Shown here: positions 1 to 11,632 of the stretch, in pieces
How positions within the stretch are numbered: the first letter of the stretch is position 1
Layout of the letters: the number at the start of each line of letters is the position of its first letter
NCBI RefSeq assembly: GCF_037042905.1
Contig: NC_087246.1
Span: forward strand, 55,614,001-55,678,000
DNA: 64,000 bases
From: Lytechinus pictus
Taxonomy: Eukaryota
Direction of reading: 5' to 3'
The notes under the pieces: generated by a model
Seen by the model: the letters and a program-made list of their open reading frames with translations, nothing else
Database searches by the model: none
Told to the model about the DNA's origin: nothing
Translations under genes and position numbers: made by a program

Positions 1-2159
1 TCATTATATTGCTCATCCACTATCCAATATATTTAATCTCTCTCTTTCAACAGGCAAATGCCCGGATTCCCTGAAACTCGCAAAAGTAATACCAATTTAT
101 AAAAAAGAAGATTCCTCCTTAATCAGCAATTACAGGCCCATATCTTTACTACCATCAATATCTAAAATTATTGAAAAAATTATTTATAAACGACTCTTTA
201 CTTTTCTGAAAAACAATGATATTTTTATTCCTAATCAGTTCGGTTTTAGAGAAGGACACTCAACAGATTATGCCTTATTATATATGTACGACAAAATTAT
301 TGAAGCTTTCACCAGAAAGGAACATGCGATTGGAATTTACATGGATCTTTCGAAAGCTTTCGATACAATCGACCACAAAATATTAATTCATAAATTAAAG
401 TCATATGGAATAAGGGGACAAGCACTATCCTGGTTTGAAGACTATTTACATAATCGACAACAATACGTACATTTCCAATCTCAAAACTCACAAAAACAAA
501 ATATCAAGTGCGGCGTACCACAGGGATCAATTCTGGGACCCCTACTTTTTATTATCTATATTAATGATATCATAAATTCATCCCCAATTCTAAATTTCAT
601 AATTTTTGCCGACGATACCAGTATTTTCTATTCCCATGCTAATTTAGATACTCTAACACATATTCTTAATTCAGAACTCTCTAAAATATCCCAATGGTTT
701 AAAACAAACAAACTTTCACTTAACATAAGCAAAACCAATTTTATACACTTTCGAGAAGCTAATCCACATTTACCAGCTCCCAATTTATCAATTGACGGTT
801 TACCTCTTACTGAAAAACACTCTACCAAATTCTTGGGAGTAACAATTGACTCCAATCTAACGTGGAATGAACACATACACAATGTACATACATCTATATC
901 AAGAAACATAGGAATAATTTACAAATTAAAAGACTTTCTTTCTGAAAAATCATTATTGGTTCTATACAACTCCCTAGTACTTTCACATATGATGTATTGC
1001 AATATTGTATGGGGTAACTGTAGTATAACGAAAATAAACTCTCTTCTACTTCTCCAAAAACGAGCAATTCGTAACGTTACTCATTCGCATTATATTTCCC
1101 ACACAGAACCTCTATTTCAGCGTTTAAATGCACTTAAAATACAGGATATTCACACTCTACAAACAGGTATATTTATGTTTAGATACACTTACAATAATCT
1201 TCCATCATTATTCCAAAATCTATTCAATTTAAATTCAAATATACATGCATATCCAACTCGCCACTCTTCTGATTATCATCTACACAACCCCAAACTTATT
1301 CTTGCTCAAAAATCAGTTCGCCATCATGGACCAGATACCTGGAATTCCTTACCACAATACTTAAAACAATGTCCCTCTCTTAACTCATTCAAATCATCCT
1401 TTAAAAAATTTATGACACGCAAATACAATTCTGAATAATTTATGCATATATATAAAAAGAGTTCTACGGGTCTTGGTCAATTTTCAATTTTCTTGGTAAA
1501 TTTTTAATTTCTATCTGATCTCACAAACTGTTACATCAGAAAATGAAAAAAAGTTAAGTATCAAACTTTTCTATCATTTCAAGCTGTATCCTGGAACCAT
1601 TCAATAATTCCTAATTAATACTACCCCCACACCCTCATATACCGACACACATACACGCACACCCACTCTCAACACACACACACACATAACATACACATAC
1701 AATTTTAAATATACATTTGCACACGCGCACACGTTTGCACTTGCACAAACACATGCAAATACGTCAAATGTGCACATAATATCAGGCATACAAGGTTCTT
1801 GCATGTAAATATCGTATTAATAATATCTGTTTATAATTAATTTAAGTCAATGCTTGATTTGTACTTCGTTCTTTTTTGTCTATTTCGCTAATACGTTTTG
1901 AGGCCGCTACCCTAGTCAAGCACTGCTTATGGTAGCGGTCTCCAGCATTTTTTTTTTTTGTCTACTCAACAAAGTACAACTTATAATATTGCAAAATAAT
2001 ACTATCTATATACATTTTTGCAAATGAATGATTATTTGTATTTTTTTTTGTAAAAAGAAATGTATCACTATTTTTTTCTTTATGTTGTACATTATGTTTG
2101 TTAATTATTTCTGTTGGAAAAATGCTGAAATAAAATCAAATCAAATCAAATCAAATCAA
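1..2159 (+). mobile_element. Non-LTR retrotransposon of the CR1/L2 group (Crack/Daphne-like), 3' part; 5' end lies outside the window
   Basis: Open RT ORF 2..1438; long 3' UTR with a CA-rich tract and a stem-loop at 1900-1942; AATAAA followed by an (AAATC)n tail at 2133-2159. Confidence 0.9.
2..1438 (+). CDS. LINE ORF2 reverse transcriptase and C-terminal region (partial, uninterrupted)
   Basis: Frame is open from base 2: KVIPIYKK, NYRPISLL, QFGFR, DLSKAFDTIDH, GVPQGSILGPLLFIIYIND, FADD, KFLGVTID. Confidence 0.93.
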   Translation, partial: HYIAHPLSNIFNLSLSTGKCPDSLKLAKVIPIYKKEDSSLISNYRPISLLPSISKIIEKIIYKRLFTFLKNNDIFIPNQFGFREGHSTDYALLYMYDKIIEAFTRKEHAIGIYMDLSKAFDTIDHKILIHKLKSYGIRGQALSWFEDYLHNRQQYVHFQSQNSQKQNIKCGVPQGSILGPLLFIIYINDIINSSPILNFIIFADDTSIFYSHANLDTLTHILNSELSKISQWFKTNKLSLNISKTNFIHFREANPHLPAPNLSIDGLPLTEKHSTKFLGVTIDSNLTWNEHIHNVHTSISRNIGIIYKLKDFLSEKSLLVLYNSLVLSHMMYCNIVWGNCSITKINSLLLLQKRAIRNVTHSHYISHTEPLFQRLNALKIQDIHTLQTGIFMFRYTYNNLPSLFQNLFNLNSNIHAYPTRHSSDYHLHNPKLILAQKSVRHHGPDTWNSLPQYLKQCPSLNSFKSSFKKFMTRKYNSE

Positions 2160-3460
2160 TTATCACGAATACCTAACATTTTTTGCCAATCATATCCGAT
2201 ACAAACGATTTCATTTTAACATGGTCGGCTAGTTATTGTATCGAAATAAATGTCGACATTTCAGGTGTGCGTCTTGATCTACACATTGGCAGCTACTGGG
2301 TTTAAGATCTTTTATTGTATTTCAAATTTACATCATTTTAAGATCAAGATTATGAGTTGAACTTGAATAAATACACTGGTGCATAAATTTGTCTGCAAGA
2401 AATGGTCGTCTCGTCAAGAAGACTGACTTGCCAAATGGACACGACTAGTTTGGACTTTTATGTATAATCGATAACATTCATTGAATGAATGAAAAAAATG
2501 AATGAAAAAAAAAAATGTATGAAAAAAAAAATGAATGAAAAAAAAAATAGTATTATAGGCCGGGATCAAAGAGAGGAAAAGAAATTGGCAACCCAGAGGG
2601 GGACTCTGACAATCCATTTCTCTAAATGGGAAACCAAGTTATCATGGTTATAGGATCTCAGAGCCAGTCGTCCAATGGATAAGGGATAGGGAGTGTCGGG
2701 GGGGGGGCATGGCACTGGGAAGCGGGGGTGCTGGGGGTGCTAGGGCACCCCAACATTTTCCTTGGGGGTGCTGCTTGTATTATTTTCCATAGGCAGCACC
2801 CCCATAAATTCTGGACGGTGTGACAAAATTGAGAAATGTAACAAAAATTACCTACACTTTTTTTAAACCTTTCTTTTTTTGTCAAATTTCTCGGGACGAA
2901 AAATGACCTTCACTATGTTGTTAGGATATTAAATATCTGAATAAACAGGCCGAAGTGATGGGGTTTTATAAAAATATTTGTTATTGGCTTCAATTCGACT
3001 AGGTTTTATTAATGATTTATTTTTGTTTATTTGGAAAATCTCTTTTTATGATGTGAATATTTGACACTCAAACAAAGATTGAGTATATTGAGTTCATCAG
3101 GTGTATTGTAACACTCAAGGAAAAAAGGAGAAAATGTAAAGTGTTAAAAATATGAGTTTTCAATGTATCTATTAATTTGTAAAGAGATGATATGTATTCA
3201 TTTAGTATATGAATTGAAGTTGTTGACAAATAAAAACTTCTAAATACAAAAAAAAATCCCGCCCTACAATAATATACAAAAACAATCACTTACCTTCCAT
3301 TAGACTTGACTCCAATAATGGGCTACTGTCTGCCAGGGGCGTCGATCGATTTTTCAGATGGGGGGGGGGGCAAAATCATGAATCAACGTTCAGGCGGTCG
3401 ATCACACAAAACGAACAAACTCACCCACACACACCCACACACATAGGCCTATATTATATA

Positions 3461-3499
<39 letters not shown>

Positions 3500-3500
<1 letters not shown>

Positions 3501-3867
3501 AATGTGTAAAGTAACACATGTACAACAGCATTTGGCAACTCTTTTTTATTTAAACATTGTAAAGAAATGGATGAAGAGAACAAAGGTAGGCGTAGCTTAA
3601 ATCAAGGTTCCCCAGAGCTATCTACCCTTTGGAAAAATTGGTGATGCCGAAAAAATGTCTCTGCCGGGAATCGAACCCGGGCCCCCAGCTTTGAACGCCG
3701 GTGCCTTAACCACTAGACCACAGAGACGGGTTAGTGGCTAGGGCGACCAAGATCCGATTGACCGTCAGATAGACAGATTTTCGACACCATGCCAATTATA
3801 ATTTCCTTTGTCGGGTGAAGGTGGGTTTTGAACAATGACAAGCCGCCATGCCTCAGCTGGATCAAAG

Positions 3868-3868
<1 letters not shown>
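3500..3868 (-). mobile_element. Cassette inserted in a (TA)n microsatellite, carrying an internal tRNA-like gene
   Basis: Bounded by (TA)n at about 3450-3499 and 3869-3941; the tRNA lies mid-element rather than at the 5' head. Confidence 0.6.
3656..3727 (-). tRNA. tRNA-like gene, full cloverleaf, anticodon TCA (opal suppressor-like; Glu-like body, not tRNA-Sec)
   Basis: GTCTCTG TG GTCT AGTGGTTA AGGC A CCGGC GTTCAAA GCTGG GGGC CCGGG TTCGATT CCCGG CAGAGAC A followed by TTTTTT; all four stems pair; A and B boxes intact; atypical G32. Confidence 0.6.

Positions 3869-3941
<73 letters not shown>
3869..3941. repeat. (TA)n microsatellite
   Basis: Pure TA run. Confidence 0.95.
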
Positions 3942-3943
<2 letters not shown>

Positions 3944-4818
3944 CTCATGAGAAAGAGACATATATCTCACCCTCACCAACAAATTAATGCGAGCGCGAAG
4001 CGCGAGCTGAAATTTTTTAGTATACTGACATGAAAACAGGAAAAAGGTAACTGTTTAGGACTGTATGTAGAAACTCATGAGGGGGATAGATACATGTATC
4101 TCACTTCACAGATAATGTGAGTGCCGAGAGCGAGCTGAAATTTCTTTATATTCTGACCTGAAAGCTTGTTATTCTAAGTATTTTTTGGTACCAATCATTA
4201 AGATGGGTATTTAGAAGAACAATAGATGCGAGCGCGAAGCGCGAACTGAAAATTTTGATATTTCGATCTGAAAAAATGACAGTGTAATGGACGATTTTTA
4301 ATAAAGAACAAGATATATATTTAACAAAAGATTATTGCAAATCGAAGCGGAAGTTCCTTTGCGGTTTAGAACTTAAAACGGGACATTCTATTCACCTATT
4401 TAATCATGAAAAGTATGGGTTTTTGCTACAGAAATGGTGCGAGCGCAAAGCGCGAGCTGAACATTTTTATATTCCAATCTGAAAAACGGACATTTTGAGC
4501 ACGATTTTAAATAAAGAACTAGTTGGTATCTCGATCTCACTTGCTTATTTTCGTGTAACATTACAATCTTATTTTATTTTTAGTTGCACATGCGGAATTA
4601 TTGGGGGGCAAAATTATATGTTTGCCCCCCCCCCCCAATATTTTCATTGGTGGGGCGATCGCCCCTCTGCCCCCCAGGATCGACGCCTCTGCTGTCTGCT
4701 ATTGCAATATATCATATGAAATTTACGACAAACATTATAACTTTTAATGACTATATAAAATCCGTGTATTAAGCAACGAGCAATCGTTACTTCTTCATAT
4801 AGTCCTATTTGCAGAGCA

Positions 4819-4978
4819 GGGGAAGTTTTCATGAAAGGACTTGTCAGATGTTTTATCCGACAAGTCTTGTTTTATCCGACAATAACCATAGGAACTGAGA
4901 TTCTCAGCCAATCAAAGTTGAGAAAAGTTGTGTGACCTAACACCTTTTCAGATGAAAATTGCAGATGAAACATTCCCC
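4819..4978. mobile_element. Short MITE (Harbinger-like termini), related copy at 36361-36467
   Basis: Imperfect TIRs GGGGAAGTTTTCAT / ATGAAACATTCCCC; shared CAGCCAATCA core. Confidence 0.55.
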
Positions 4979-5759
4979 ATGTCTCCATCTGGTGTATGGT
5001 ATAGATGAAATGCAATGTACAAGTTTATGAAATAAATGGTCTGACAAAAGATGCAGTATACTCTTCATCCGTTCCAAAGCTTAGCAAAATAATCAGCGAG
5101 ACTTTATAAAAAGATTATTTTTTCCTCGTATTGCCTCGGCCTGCGGGCGATAGTGCATCGAATTGATATTAGGCCTACCATACTCGAGAGCATTCTCGTT
5201 CGCTTGGTCCCTTGGTATGGTATGATGGCAATTCTGTGATTCCACATTTCGAAATGAATTATCCTTGAGTTTTACTTTCATGTATCGTGATGGGTGTTAA
5301 TGTAATAATATGCATTCAATGGTTGAATGAAAACCAATAAAATTTAATTGCGAGCAGACTCAGTAGATAGTGAGTATAAATTCATAGTTCTGCCTGAAGA
5401 ATATATTCAAAGTTTTGGTCAGTTGAGACTTCATTCATAAAATCGCTAAATATATCCTTGAATAATCTTGGAAATTGTGTATTTTTGTTTATCCTATAGA
5501 ACATTAAAAACTCCTTTATCTAAAAAGTAGGGTAAGGGCTAGGGTTTGTGCTTGGATTAGGCCAGATTATTATAAGGTTAGGGTTAGGGTTGGCTGTCTC
5601 CAAAGGAACTCTTTCCCTTTTCTCTTATTTATGCAAATCCAATTTTGTTAAATTGAGCGTTTCTGCAGCGCAGGCATAAATTTTTCCTTTTTTATTTGCC
5701 CCATCTTTTATAAATTATACCGTAACCAGTCATAAAGTAATGTGTAAACTTTCTTGATT

Positions 5760-5849
5760 ATGCCGCGCCAAGATTTCCTGATTTACTTGAAAAGGAGCTT
5801 CTCAAAAATAGCAAGGTTTCCAAGAAACAAACACAATAGAAGAAAAATC
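5760..5849 (+). CDS. FTO: Candidate FTO exon 1 (MPRQDFLIYLKRSFSKIARFPRNKHNRRKI)
   Basis: ATG-initiated 30-codon open frame ending at a consensus phase-0 GTAAGT donor; joins in frame to the acceptor at 14318; next to a CpG-rich region. No homology support. Confidence 0.5.
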
Positions 5850-6062
5850 GTAAGTACACGCAAAATTGTAATTAGTGTTCGTAAATCTAATGATGACTGA
5901 CTCCTTTTTCGATTGAGTCAGTTGTACTAGTAGTGGGTACGCTCCGGTACGGCACCGGGGCCGGACCGGGGTATGGTACCGGTGCCGCGCCGTTTCGTAC
6001 CCGGCAAAAGGCGGCGGAGCTCAACTCGTAGTGTAATACTACTATTATTATGACTACACGAC

Positions 6063-6167
6063 TTCTTAAATTCGCGCAATCACATGCAAGTGTCGCATGT
6101 GCCGTGCCTGCTATTTTCCTGTGCACGGCGCATGCGGCACTTGCATGTGATTGCGCAAATTTAAGAA
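6063..6167. repeat. Long inverted repeat (45-bp arms, 42/45 match, 15-nt loop)
   Basis: TTCTTAAATTCGCGCAATCACATGCAAGTG... pairs with ...CACTTGCATGTGATTGCGCAAATTTAAGAA. Confidence 0.85.
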
Positions 6168-7154
6168 CAAAAAGTGAATTGAAATTTCAATGAAAGACAT
6201 CTATCAATAAAAAAACTATTAAAGTAATGTAACCGATTTTTATTTCAATTCCCGATCCGATTTCTCCCTTTTTCCTACATTTTTCAGATTTCCGATTTTG
6301 ATGCTTGAGAATAAAAATCGGAAAGATCGGATTGAAAATTAAAAACAAATACATTCAAGAATTTCAAGCATGGAGGCGACGAAACAGCATCGAGCTAGTC
6401 AAAGCGTGAACCAAGTTTCATGCCTGCGCTTGCCAAGCATCGCGAGCCACACACCATATTATAACCTCGTTCGTAGGATGAGTGACACCACCCTACAGCC
6501 AAGTCAAAACACACACACACAGTCGATCACCGTTGTGATGTGATGAATGAATTAACGGCCTGCATAGACATGATAGACACGCGAGTACAATTAACATAAA
6601 TCATATTATTACCATCACAATTGCAGAGTGTAGCAAAGTTTTTCAACAAAATAATCTCTCTAAAGATAAGATGTCGGCAAGCATGCCTTTATGATCTTCC
6701 CAGTTCCCACCTCTCCCATCAATCTCGCCCTGATATCCTGACCTTCTGGATCTGGATGTATACCAAGCAGGGCCCTCCGGGGCATAAACGCATCGGGTTC
6801 TTGACCTGGATTTTGCCGGGACCGGCAGGTGCAATACACCGGGTGAACTAGTCTTGAGGACTCCCATGATGATGTTTTATCAATCTGACATATACTTCTT
6901 ATCATGGGAGTCTTGAACAGGGTTTCATATACACGTAAGCGAAGGAAGTACACAAAGATGGATTTCCCCAGGAAATCCATCTTTGTGCACTAGAATCGCA
7001 CGAAATAGGTTTATTTTATTAATTTCTACACCTTCCCACGCGTAATGCGTAGGAAGGTTTTACAAATGGTCACTTAAAAAGTATAAAAAATAGGGTTTCT
7101 TACCAGACTGATGTCGCGAAGACCCCCTCGTTCCACATGTAAACAACGCAAATA

Positions 7155-7439
7155 CAATGGCTACGACCCTTGAACTGCTTATGTATTACGTAGGTATTAC
7201 GTACTTTTGATGCACGATGCCGTTTTGAAAAACAATTCATAGAAAAAAAAAAATTTTTATGAATATTAAAACTTATTACGTGATTATAAATAATTATTAT
7301 CTTACTACTAATTATTTATAATCACGTAATAAGTTTTAATATTCATAAAATATTTTTTTTATCTATGAATTGTTTTTCAAAACGGCATCGCGCATCGAAA
7401 GTACGTAATACATAAGCAGTTCAAGGGTCGTAGCCATTG
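7155..7439. mobile_element. Fully palindromic MITE with TA TSD (Tc1/mariner-type)
   Basis: CAATGGCTACGACCCTTGAACTGC...GCAGTTCAAGGGTCGTAGCCATTG, arms of about 135 bp, flanked by TA. Confidence 0.85.
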
Positions 7440-7616
7440 TATATATATTTTGAAAGATTTAGCATTAATAAATGGAACTTGATGCTCTATGTGTATACCA
7501 GTGCCGTGTTCTGTGTCGTTCTTTATTTCTCACCAGTCAAGAAATTAAATAGTTGAGAGAAATCATGCCTCAACAGGATGGAATATTCTCTTTGGAAATA
7601 CTCAACTACTTTTACT

Positions 7617-9877
7617 GGCCTAACCTTCCATTTTTGGTGTTACCACCGTTACATGGACATCATGTCTCTGTAACGGAGATATTATTTGGAGCATTATAAG
7701 TTAAGGTCCATTAATGGTCATTACATACCAAATTACACTTTCTGCCTAAGAATATTGCACAAGACCAATTCATTTTACTAGAAGAAAAACATTTTGCATG
7801 TCAAATTCTTTGCAAATAAAAGCAATTTAAATTAGAGTTTAAACAAGGAGAATGTACAAAATTATTGACAAATAATATTGAAAATCATACTAATCCTGAA
7901 GGTTCCACTTCAGTCTGTCTCTGGAAACATTTATGTTTCTGTCTAAAGGAAAAAAAAACAGTGCTATCTTATGATCTCCAAATCTTTTATTACCTTAAAA
8001 TGTGAATATCTCCTTCAAGATATGACTTTGAAATGTACATACCTCTGTTACACGGACATCATGTCCTTGTAACATGGTAATATTGAATAGTATTACTTGG
8101 ATATTTGACTTTTTTTCCTAGTATCAACACACTAAATGCAAGTTTACTCATCTTATTCAAGTGTAGAAATACAACATCTACAGGCAAGCTTCTGAAAGAC
8201 ATATCAATGAACAGGTAAATTTTTTTTTTATTCATACACAATTATAATTTTGATACCTTTGATACATTACCCAAGTGAAAACGATGTATGGAAAAGGTAC
8301 TAGTTTAGTTCTTCTAAGCTATGGTTTTTCAAGACAAAACAAGACAAAGTTGGCAATGCAAGACATGGACAACGCATTAATACCTTACAAATAAAACTTG
8401 TTCAATTTGATTACTCTAATTTGTTTTACCTCAGTTACATGGACATCATGTCCTCGAAATGGTAGTGTAGAAGTGACATTAATTTAAAAATAATCTTGTC
8501 ATCACTGGAACTTATATACATTGGATAAAACATTAAGTTCCAGCATGCAAAAAGGACAAAAATTACCACCTTTATACAAGTTGTAAGCGAGAAAATACAA
8601 TCTACTTAGCTATTCTAATAAATGTTTAAGAATAAAACCACAAAACTAGTAAACTACAATCCTTTCCTTTGGTTAAAAACTCTTTGGTAAACTTCTTTGA
8701 CTTTACATTAAACCTGACTTAGAAATAACATGCAATATTTCTCTCTGCATTCAGGTTAAAACTATTAGAGTTTATGGAACTTCAAGAAGACCAGTGACCC
8801 AATGACAACTGTTTCAGTTTGGAAGAGGATTCTGTTAATGTCACAAAGTAGATGAAGGTAGAATTGTGCCTCGCCATCAGGCCAGGAGTACAGGTCACCA
8901 GATTGACACTTCATGTACTGAAGAAACACATTTTCACCTTCAACAGAGGCTACCTGTAGTTATTTGAGAAAAATAATATTTGGAAGTTTGACTATTTTTT
9001 TAAACAAATCAAATTAATACATTATTAATAAATTCATTAATGAACAAAGCTTGCTTGATTGTCTTCATGATATTTTGTATTAAATCATTTACTTCTTTAC
9101 ATATCTTGACATTTTCTCATTTTTAAAGGGGAGCCGGGGAATACTTGGGCAATGACAATGCATCTGATCTGTTCTTGCACAATTCACAGGAACTCTCACT
9201 TTGTATTTTTTCATAGCAAATAGAATTTGTCATTTCATAGTTCATAAATTAAATATAAAGTTATGTTTTATACAAGGGTTTTGTATTTGTTTTGTTGTGC
9301 TCTACTTTGTTTTCACAATAAAATTACTTGCCCATTACCTTTTCATAAATTGTCTTTACTTAAATTTGATTTATCAATGATTGAATTTAATCTAATTTTA
9401 TTCCGTATTATAATAAAGGGTGGTTATCTAGACAATTCCATTTAGTTTTTTTATGACCACCCTATTTAATTTTCATCACTGAAGTTTAACTGTTCAAGCA
9501 ATTACATAATATATGTATGTTTTATTAGATTAAATGAATTAATGAAATTCAAATCTGCAATTTACCTTCTGATACAGCAAATAAACGCCTGTGAAACAAA
9601 CTTGACTGTGTCACATTTTCTTCTGTTCACTTGTACATGTTTTTAAAATCTAATTATATTGCAATAAAAAAATCCATTGAAAACAATCACACATAGTTTT
9701 GCTTTCTGATAAAACAAACACCCACCCCCTCTCCCAACAATTAAATATATAGAAATTAAAATACAATAAAAACAGAAGAAAGAAATGAGGGGAAAAATAT
9801 TGAGAGAGAAAAAAAGAATAAGTGCTGAAAAGTATATCAACATTCAACTGGAGGAAAAGTTTTGGGAAGGTTAGGCC
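7617..9877. mobile_element. Degenerate DNA transposon with a repeated ACCGTTACATGGACAT motif (superfamily uncertain, possibly Sola)
   Basis: Inverted termini GGCCTAACCTTCC / GGAAGGTTAGGCC; motif at about 7644, 8046 and 8433, and again at 10622-11020; no clear TSD. Confidence 0.45.
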
Positions 9878-11264
9878 TACAGCTAATAGAAGTACTAGTA
9901 ATTAGATTATGGCCATGCCTCATCATAAACTAAGCACACCTACTATGTATAAGGGGTAGTAACAGAAACATTATTTTGCCCCACCCCCCCTCTCCTTCGG
10001 GCCGGGAGCAGCTGACGAGCAACAACAAAAAAGGGGGGGGGGCCCTGCCAGCCCTGCCTCCCCCGTGGCGCTGCCACTGGTTCTAAATTCTCAGTTTATA
10101 TTGCAAATTTAAATTTGATCAGATGTTTGATACCCATATTACCTAGAATCAGTAGGAGCCAATTTAAAAAAGGATAAGTTTTGTGCCAAATTTGAGATGT
10201 CATCGTGATCATCAGTGATAGAGCAGTTCCTGAGTATCCATAGGCCTATTGAATTAACATATTTTGGTGTAAAAAATAACTAAATTGCGATTGAATCATG
10301 TTAGCTAACATTCAAATTATCTTTGCACTGAATCACAGTAATAAAAAAGTTACTGTATTTTCTTTGAGGCCGTTAAGCAAATCTGGAACAAAAACGGCAA
10401 TGTCTCAATCACATATTTCACTTACATGAAAAGCTACATGTGGGACTGTAGTAAAAGATCATGGAAAATTCGCGAGTTTTTTAAAACTTAAAAACACTTT
10501 CTGCATGATAATATAGTTCCACATTTTAATGATAAGGTTCAACTGATTTCACAATACGAGTATCGGCATAAATATCCGTACTTACGTCGCTTTGAAAGGG
10601 AAAACTTCGCAGAGATCCAATCCACCGTTACATGGACATTGGGGGAAGATTCCCAATTGCAAGGCTTCAAAACGCCCGATATCATAGCGGTTCATGTGCA
10701 CGTGGATTTCAGCTAACATCCCGTCCGTCTGATACAACAATGGTCTCTTCTCTGGTCTCTCCTTTTTACATACGCGATGAAATTTGAACCACCGTTACAA
10801 ATTTGGCCCGGACATCGCAAAAAAAATCGGCGACCTTCGAATAATTTACATGACATTATGATAGGTTTTCAAAGCTAATCTTTTGATGAAAAGTTGCTTA
10901 CCGCCTGCCCTTTATTTTTGACACATAACTTTGGAAAGAATGATTTCTGACTTTTAGTTATTCACCACTTAACCACCATTACAGAAAAAAATAAACATGG
11001 ACATTGCATGTAACGGTGGTATGCTGAGGTGTAGGAATGATTTATGATATGAAGCCTCTTTTCATTTGCTATCCCATTACTGTTTTGTTATTTAACACAT
11101 GTTGCTTTATCAATCATGGCCATTTGATTGTGACTAAGTTTATCTTTTAATTAGATATCTTCAACTGAAAATGACCATTTTGGATGTCACACTTGGTACC
11201 CAAAAAAAGAGTCTGGACATCATCATTTAAAGTCTCACCATCAAAAATACTTGCGGTTTGACTT

Positions 11265-11632
11265 TTTTTATTTCTGCATCAAGTAATTACATACACAACT
11301 GCCTTCCAACAAAACCACATTGCAACATCAAAACACCACACACATTTTCAGGATAAAGCTCACAATTCATAAGGAACACAAAAAAGTGCTGTTGCCCCAA
11401 TCCCGTGGAATGACCCGGGACCAACATTAGTGTCCTTTCCGATGGACGGAGTGTTTTTCCAACTGTATTCACACCTGCACTGAATACAGTGGTGAGGCAC
11501 GCTAACACACAACGCTATAGCATCAGACTTTTTTGTTAGACGCGTTTCGGCATGAGCGGGACTCGAACCCCTCACGTTGAGATCTACGATCTTATCCGAG
11601 CCATGCGCTCTAACCGACTGAGCTATGCTGCC
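11265..11632 (-). mobile_element. tRNA-derived SINE
   Basis: Head GGCAGCATAGCTCAGTCGGTTAGAGC...GGTTCGAGTCC; central GGAAAGGACACTAATGTTGGTCCC motif shared with the SINE at 35798; A-rich tail. Confidence 0.75.

Larger units (their letters stand above)
3334..4691. mobile_element. Non-autonomous hAT-type element with 8-bp TSD
   Basis: TIRs CAGGGGCGTCGATC / GATCGACGCCTCTG (13/14); TSD CTGTCTGC at 3326-3333 and 4692-4699; internal repeats GCGAGCGCGAAGCGCGAGCTGAAA at about 3989, 4117, 4228 and 4439. Confidence 0.85.

Noticed and set aside
3294-3333. Minus-strand mini-exon (AAG|GTAAGT donor) whose acceptor coincides with the hAT MITE insertion site
   Set aside because: The only open frame (DSSPLLESSLME) is unrecognisable and no partner exons were found.
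3656-3727. Selenocysteine tRNA
   Set aside because: 7/5 fold with a 4-nt variable loop; lacks the long variable arm and 9/4 fold of eukaryotic tRNA-Sec. It also cannot read the FTO TAG.
3989-4470. Regularly spaced GCGAGCGCGAAGCGCGAGC repeats resembling a CRISPR array
   Set aside because: Eukaryotic context; the spacers are related to each other and about 100 bp long; internal repeats of a hAT MITE; no cas genes.
5528-5595. Telomere-like TTAGGG units
   Set aside because: Only two or three degenerate units; typical repeat debris.
2200-5700. RPGRIP1L head-to-head with FTO, as in vertebrates
   Set aside because: No minus-strand exon resembling RPGRIP1L was recognised; it could lie left of the window.
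6862-6910. Box C/D snoRNA (ATGATGA...CTGA within a terminal stem)
   Set aside because: Too short, and box D is not adjacent to the closing stem.
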